Source: Lama glama (taxonomy: Eukaryota). Taken from it: a DNA stretch of 64,000 nt. Below are positions 58,926 through 64,000 of this stretch, piece by piece. How positions within the stretch are numbered: the first letter of the stretch is position 1; each line of letters opens with the position of its first letter. The DNA lies in NCBI GenBank assembly GCA_028534125.1, contig CM052829.1, positions 310,001-374,000 of the forward strand. Reading direction: 5' to 3'. The translations under genes and the position numbers were made by a program. The notes under the pieces were generated by a model that worked only from the letters and a program-made list of their open reading frames with translations, searched no databases and had not been told where the DNA came from.

Positions 58926-61284
58926 TGAATTTGGCCATTTTGGGGCACAGGACATAGATTACAAGGAGGAGAAGTATACTTGATGCCAGAATATTTTTGT
59001 TCACAGATAACTCGTGAAATACCAATGAAAAAATTGGTACCTTCTATTGCAACTGAACGTTTGCAGCTGTTAAGATGCTACAGTCTGATTTAACACTTTT
59101 TAAGGATTCATTCAAAAATTTCCCAAAATTCTCTATTTAAATCTAAAAGAAAGTGGGACATTAATCTTGTTTAAAATAACTTTTTATTATGGTCTTTAAT
59201 TCAATGCATGAACAGATTTAATTTTAAAAGCCGTAATTATGTGTTTATTACATGTTCAGAGATCTGAGCAATACCCGAGGGGAGGCTGCCCAGCTGTGGA
59301 GGTCAGTTTTAACGACAATCTACCGTCCACCAGGGAACGGGCTGGGGCAGAGAGCTCCCTGCAGGTGCTGGCATCCCGGCGGCGATGCACGCAGTCTCCA
59401 CCACCCACTGACTCCCCGGATTCCGGCAGTTTCTTTCCTTTCCTGACACTTGGTAAGTGCAGAGAGTGAGGCCCTGGCACCAGCCTTGCGTCCCTTCCTC
59501 CGCGACGTCTGCACGCAGGGCCGTGCTGTCTCCCTGTGGACTCTCACCAGCTGTGACTCTTCCTCATCAAGGTCTTCCTGCTCAGCAGAGGAAATCCCAA
59601 CACCCCATGGAGCTGAAAACGGGAAAAGCCACCTTAGTCACACATCACGGTGGACACGGGCGGTGGTCCGACGAAGGAGTTGCCGTGGACGCCACACGAG
59701 GGTCCCCAGATCTCTGGCTGAACACCCCTGAGTCCCTTCAAGGGGCCCCAGAAGGCGACACTGAGGAGGCGGATTCCCTTCCCTCTTCGCAGCCACGCTC
59801 CTCCGAGGACCAAGCCGGCAGGCATGGGAGCAGGACACCTGGAGACAAATATTCTGAGGAAATGACTTGTCCGGTGTGTCCACAGGGTTGGGCGGAGCCC
59901 TGCCACCGAAAACTGCGGAGAACACACCTGTCAGGCCTGGAGCCGCCAAGCCGTGGGGCTGCGTCTCCGGTGTTTCGGGCCCACCAGCCTCAGTTCTGGG
60001 AGGCTCCACCCCGGCGGGTTCAGGTACCCCTGCCGAGACCGCAGGCCCCGACGCCGTCGGCCTCTCCTGGGGCCCCTGCCCCTCCGGCAGGGCTGTGCAG
60101 CGCCTGGCAGTCAGGTCGGCATCTCCCTGTCACCGCGCATGGCACACGCACGTGAGAAGAGGCTGAGAGCAAACACCACGCTGACAGCTGATAAGCAGTC
60201 TCTGGGAGAAGGGCTCGGGCTCTTCGTCCCCTGAGGAGCGGGGCCTCGGTGGTGCGACCAGGGGAGGCGTCAGCTTGTGTCAAGGAGTCATCTGAGAAAG
60301 TCCTGGAGTGGCTGAGGTGGCGATAGAGACGACGTCTGTTCTGAGCACAGACTTGCCACTTAGCTGCAAGCGCAGCAGGAGCCTCCCCCACGCCCCTCTA
60401 AGAACAAAACAGAAGACAGCAGCAGGTCCCTCCAGAGCGGAGGGAGGGAGCCGGGACCGCCCAGGTGGTGGCCTTGTCATGCCAACATCCACGCAGCCCC
60501 CCCACTTCTCGCCTGAGGCACCTCCTTGACTGGGGCTGCCACTCCGCAGAGACGCCCTCCTGGGCCGCCCCAGGCACCCCGGGGGCTTGACGTGGGGCTG
60601 AGGCTCGTTGAGGCACCTGGCCCATTGGCTGGCTGGGACCATCTGCTGGTCACACGTGCGAAGTTCTGATTCTAAAGTCGATCGTAGCACAGAGCCTACA
60701 GTGCTGGTGATTCTCCTCCAGGATCCCAGTCCCCCGGGGACGCAGCATCGGGGCGGAGGCAGCCCCACCCGCCCGGCCAGCCCTTCCCTCCAAAAGGAGG
60801 GCCTGGATGCCCTCTCGTGGAAACAGGCCTGAGACACAGGACGGGCCAGCCTTGCCACCAGCCCAGGCCAGGGGACCGTTCTGTCTGCACACGGAGGCCT
60901 GTGAAGGGCGGGCTTCGGGGTCCGTGTCCAGCGGGACTTCTTTCTGCCAGGCTCGGGTAAGATCTCAGCCTCCCCTGAGGCTGGGAGAGCTTTCTGGGAC
61001 AAGGCTGAGGGATCTTTCCACTTCACAAGGTGGTTCCAAGGCCGCCTGCATAACCCACTTGCTGGAGTCCAGGGTCTGGACCTGGACACAGTGATCCTGG
61101 GGGACCGGGTCACTGGTCAGGGCTGGCCCGGGCACGGCAGGGTGTGGGCAGCACTGGGACAGCCGAAAACATCTCCAGACGCTGGCCGATGCCCCGCAGG
61201 GACAAAAGCCTGTTAGGACGCCCAGGATGTGCGGATTCCTCCTCTTCACGGTGTTGCTCCTTCCAGATAGAGCAGAAATCTAAT

Positions 61285-61430
61285 CAGGACCAGCTGTAAA
61301 ATTTGCAGGGCCAAGTGCAAAAAAGAAAAAAAAGATGCAGGGCTCCTAGTTCAAAAACTACATGACACCAGCTGTTAGATGAGGCGTGGGTCCTGCTGGT
61401 CCTGGTCGCCCGCCCCTGAGGTTGGCCCTG
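61285..61430 (-). mobile_element. MER45A-like hAT-Tip100 non-autonomous DNA transposon
   Basis: Begins CAGGACCAGCTGTAAAATTTGCAGGGCCAAGTGCAAAA...ATGCAGGGCTCCTAGTTCAAAAA and ends GGCCCTG (terminal inverted repeats). The degenerate 8-bp flanks are AATCTAAT and AATTGAAC. Confidence 0.8.
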
Positions 61431-61737
61431 AATTGAACGTAGTGCCCGGAAAGCAGCAAGTCACACGCACGGCGGCGCCCCTGCTCCCTTCTCCGTGCAG
61501 ACTGTCAGACTTAGTGGAGGGAACGCCAGCCTGCGGTGTGGGTGCCCCATCCCAGCACTGTCCTGACCTGAGTGGCTTTGTCACCGGGGGCCCACGTCCT
61601 CCAGCAGGCCTGGCCTCCGCGGGACACGAGGTGCCTGAAAGCAGCGAGATCGCCTCGCCCAGAACTCAGGGGGAGTCCCTGAAGACAGGAGCGATTTTCC
61701 ATCATGCGCACCCGGTCCCTATCACAGGCACTGAGTC

Positions 61738-64000
61738 ATTTCTTTTATTGTGGTTAAAAAACAAACGAAAAAAAGCTTAACATAAACCATCCCGTCCATT
61801 TCTACGTGCACAGGTCAGGGATGCTGAGCACACTCGCGTTGCTGTGTGGCTGATCCCCAGCCTTCCTCTTGCAGACCTGAAACTGCATGAAACGCAGCTC
61901 CCTGCGCCCCCTCAGCCCCTGCAAATGTCGGTCCACCTTCTGACTGTGGAACTGACTGACCGAGGCAGCTGCACGGGTGCAGGTCTGCGGCGGCTGTTTG
62001 CTTGTGAACGGCTAGTTTCACTGGGCGCAGTGTCCTCGGGTCTGTCCGTGTTGCAGCGTATCGCAGAATCTCCTTCCTTTGCATTTTTCCATTATGTCTC
62101 TACTTTTCCCTTCTGGGTTGGTGGAGCTGTAACTGACACATACATGGGGTTCAGGGTGGACAGCTGCATGGTCTGACTCGCACACATCACGGGGCGAGGA
62201 CCGGAAGGCTTAGAGAAATTCGTCGCCTCGTAGGGGTGCGAAAGAACTGCTTTCTGCTTGTGTCGAGCACTGGGCTTCGCGCTCTCAGCGACGTTCATAT
62301 GCAGCAGCCAGCAGTGCTCCTCATGTGTGCTTCTTTGTCTCGTAGCTGAAATCGTGCCTTCTGACCACCTTCATCCAACCCCCTCCCCACCCCCGCCGCT
62401 GGTAACCACAACCTGATCTCTCTCCCTTGAGTTTCTTTGTTTCTGAAGTCCTTCCCCTTCGACATCCCTGGGTGGTGTTCCATTGTGTGCGCAGACCACA
62501 AGCGCTTCTCCTCTCACCTGTCAGAGGGCACGTGGGCTGCTTCCGTGTTCTAGCAACAGTGAACAATGCCGCTCTGCATACGGGTGTACCGGTGTCTTTT
62601 TGAGACCCTGCTCTCATTTCTTTTGGGTATACGCCCAGCAGTGGAATTGCTGGATCATATGGTAATTCTATGTTTTATTTTCCAAGAAACCACAGTACAG
62701 TTTTCCATAGAATCTGCACCATTTTCAATTGCACCAACACTGCACGATTCCAGTTCCTCCACACTGTCATCAACACTCGTCATTCTCTGGTCGGCTTGTC
62801 CGTCTGCCTTTACAGCAAGCGCCCTGACAGCCGCGGTGGTGTCTCCCTGAGGATCTGGTCTGCGCTTCCCTGGTGATGCGTGGTGCTGAGCATCTTTTCG
62901 TGCATCTGTTGGCCAGTTGTATGTCTTCTCTGGAGAAAAGTCAATTCAGGTCCCTTGTCCACTTTGCGGTTGTCACCGAGCTACAGGTGTTCTTTGTACG
63001 TTCTGGACCTGGACTCTCCACTAGGTGTAGATTTCGCAGGTACTTCCTCTCACTGTGCAGCCTGCCCTTCACTGTGTCGACACTAACGTTTGACGGAAAA
63101 TTTTTTACTTTTGATGAAATCCAGCAGCTCTGTTTTCACTTCTGTTGCCTGCGCTTTTGGTGTGACATCCAGGAAATTCTTGCCAAATCCAATGTCCTTT
63201 ACTCCATGTTTCCTTCTAGGAGTTTACAATTTGGGCTCTTATATTTATGTTTTTGATTAATTTGAGTTACCTTTTGCATATGGAGTAAGGTTAGAACCAG
63301 ACTTTTCCTTTGCACTTGGATGTCCTGTTTCCCCAGACCATTTGCTGAAGAGACCTTCCTTTCCCACTGAGTCATGTTGGCGCCCCCGTCGAGGTCATGT
63401 GACCGCATGCTCAGGATTCAGCCCTGTGGTCTCTGCTCCGCTCCGCGGGTCTACGTCCGCCTTTGCGCCAGCGCCACTCTGTTTTGGTTGCTGTATGTTT
63501 GTAATAAGTGTTGAAATCAGGAAGTGTGAGACCTCCAGCTTGGTTCTTTTTCAAAATTGTTCCAGCTATTTGGGTTCCTTGAAGTTCTGTCTGAATTTTA
63601 GGATGGATTTTTCTATTTTCACAAAAATACCGCGGGGATTCCGACAGAGACTGTGTCTAACCTGCGGGTGACGTGGGCAGCACTGGCGTTTTCACAGCGT
63701 CAGTTTCTCTGACCCACGGACACAAATGCCTTTCCACTTATGGAGGTCGTCTTCACTTTCTTCTCGCAACATTTTTTAGTCTTAAGGGTACAAGACTTTT
63801 CCTCCTTGTCGAAGCGTATTCCTAGGTATTTTATTCCTTTTTGATGACATTGTAAGTAGGTATTTCTTTATTTCCTCTTTGGATTGTTTGCTGTTAGTAT
63901 AGAAATGCAACTGTTTTTTGTGTGTTGATTTCACATCCTGAAACTTGGCTGAATACGTTCATTAGTTCTGATGGTAATTTTTGTGGGTCGGACATTCAAC
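61738..64000 (-). mobile_element. L1MB-like LINE-1, antisense (3' UTR at left, ORF2 3' part running off the window end)
   Basis: TTTTATTGTGGT 3' terminus; GGCTAGTTTCACTGGGCGCAGTGTCCTC; TTTGGGTATACGCCCAGCAGTGGAATTGCTGGATCATATGGTAATTCTATGTTT; TGAGCATCTTTTC; TATGTCTTCTCTGGAGAAA; TTCCTAGGTATTTTATTC; TATAGAAATGCAACTG. All are standard antisense L1 motifs. Confidence 0.92.
62081..62448 (-). mobile_element. Second L1 3'-end fragment nested in the L1MB (L1MA9/laurasiatherian-type)
   Basis: TTCTGACCACCTTCATCCAA...CCCCACCCCCGCCGCTGGTAACCACAACCTGATCTCT...GAGTTT is a different L1 3' UTR. The host L1 is interrupted after GAATCTCCTTCCTTT and resumes after a second TCCTTCC (62071-62077 / 62449-62455). Confidence 0.65.

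Noticed and set aside
59457-61113. 232-aa (+) and 277-aa (-) ORFs
   Set aside because: No recognisable domain; the CPVC motif is isolated and lacks the rest of a RING or zinc-finger pattern.
1-64000. CRISPR arrays, operons or other prokaryotic systems
   Set aside because: The sequence is mammalian (LINE/SINE/MaLR content); there is no repeat-spacer array or gene-dense coding structure.

Overview
Mammalian genomic DNA, GC- and CpG-rich, with two 500-N assembly gaps (24274-24773, 40911-41410). The tRNA-derived SINE at 9522-9676 and a short L1 tail at 25577-25654 resemble artiodactyl elements, most likely camelid; this is recognition from memory, not a database hit. I could not recognise any protein-coding exon, structural RNA gene or known miRNA. 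The ORF track is explained by high GC, low-complexity repeats and N-runs, so the window is best read as intergenic or deep-intronic. Supported content: many ancient, degraded retroelements (L1M-type LINEs, L2, MIR, MLT1 LTRs), one MER45A DNA transposon, two younger insertions with intact target-site duplications, several simple or minisatellite repeats, and short AT-rich non-repeat islands dense in transcription-factor motifs (candidate enhancers). No new biological system is demonstrated. The best leads are: (i) an almost G-free CTCAC/CTCAT array of about 1.5 kb including the gap, which has higher-order structure and reads as a YCAY (NOVA) array on + and a 5'-splice-site array on -; (ii) a 78-bp 5'-inverted L1 micro-insertion; (iii) three abutting palindromes at about 45.0 kb; (iv) a MEF2/CArG-like/E-box/homeodomain cluster at 16.1 kb; (v) a natural 12x CAGAC SMAD-element array; (vi) a pre-miRNA-sized hairpin at 8.4 kb; and (vii) apparent AT-to-GC remodelling of old L1 copies. 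Repeat boundaries are approximate.
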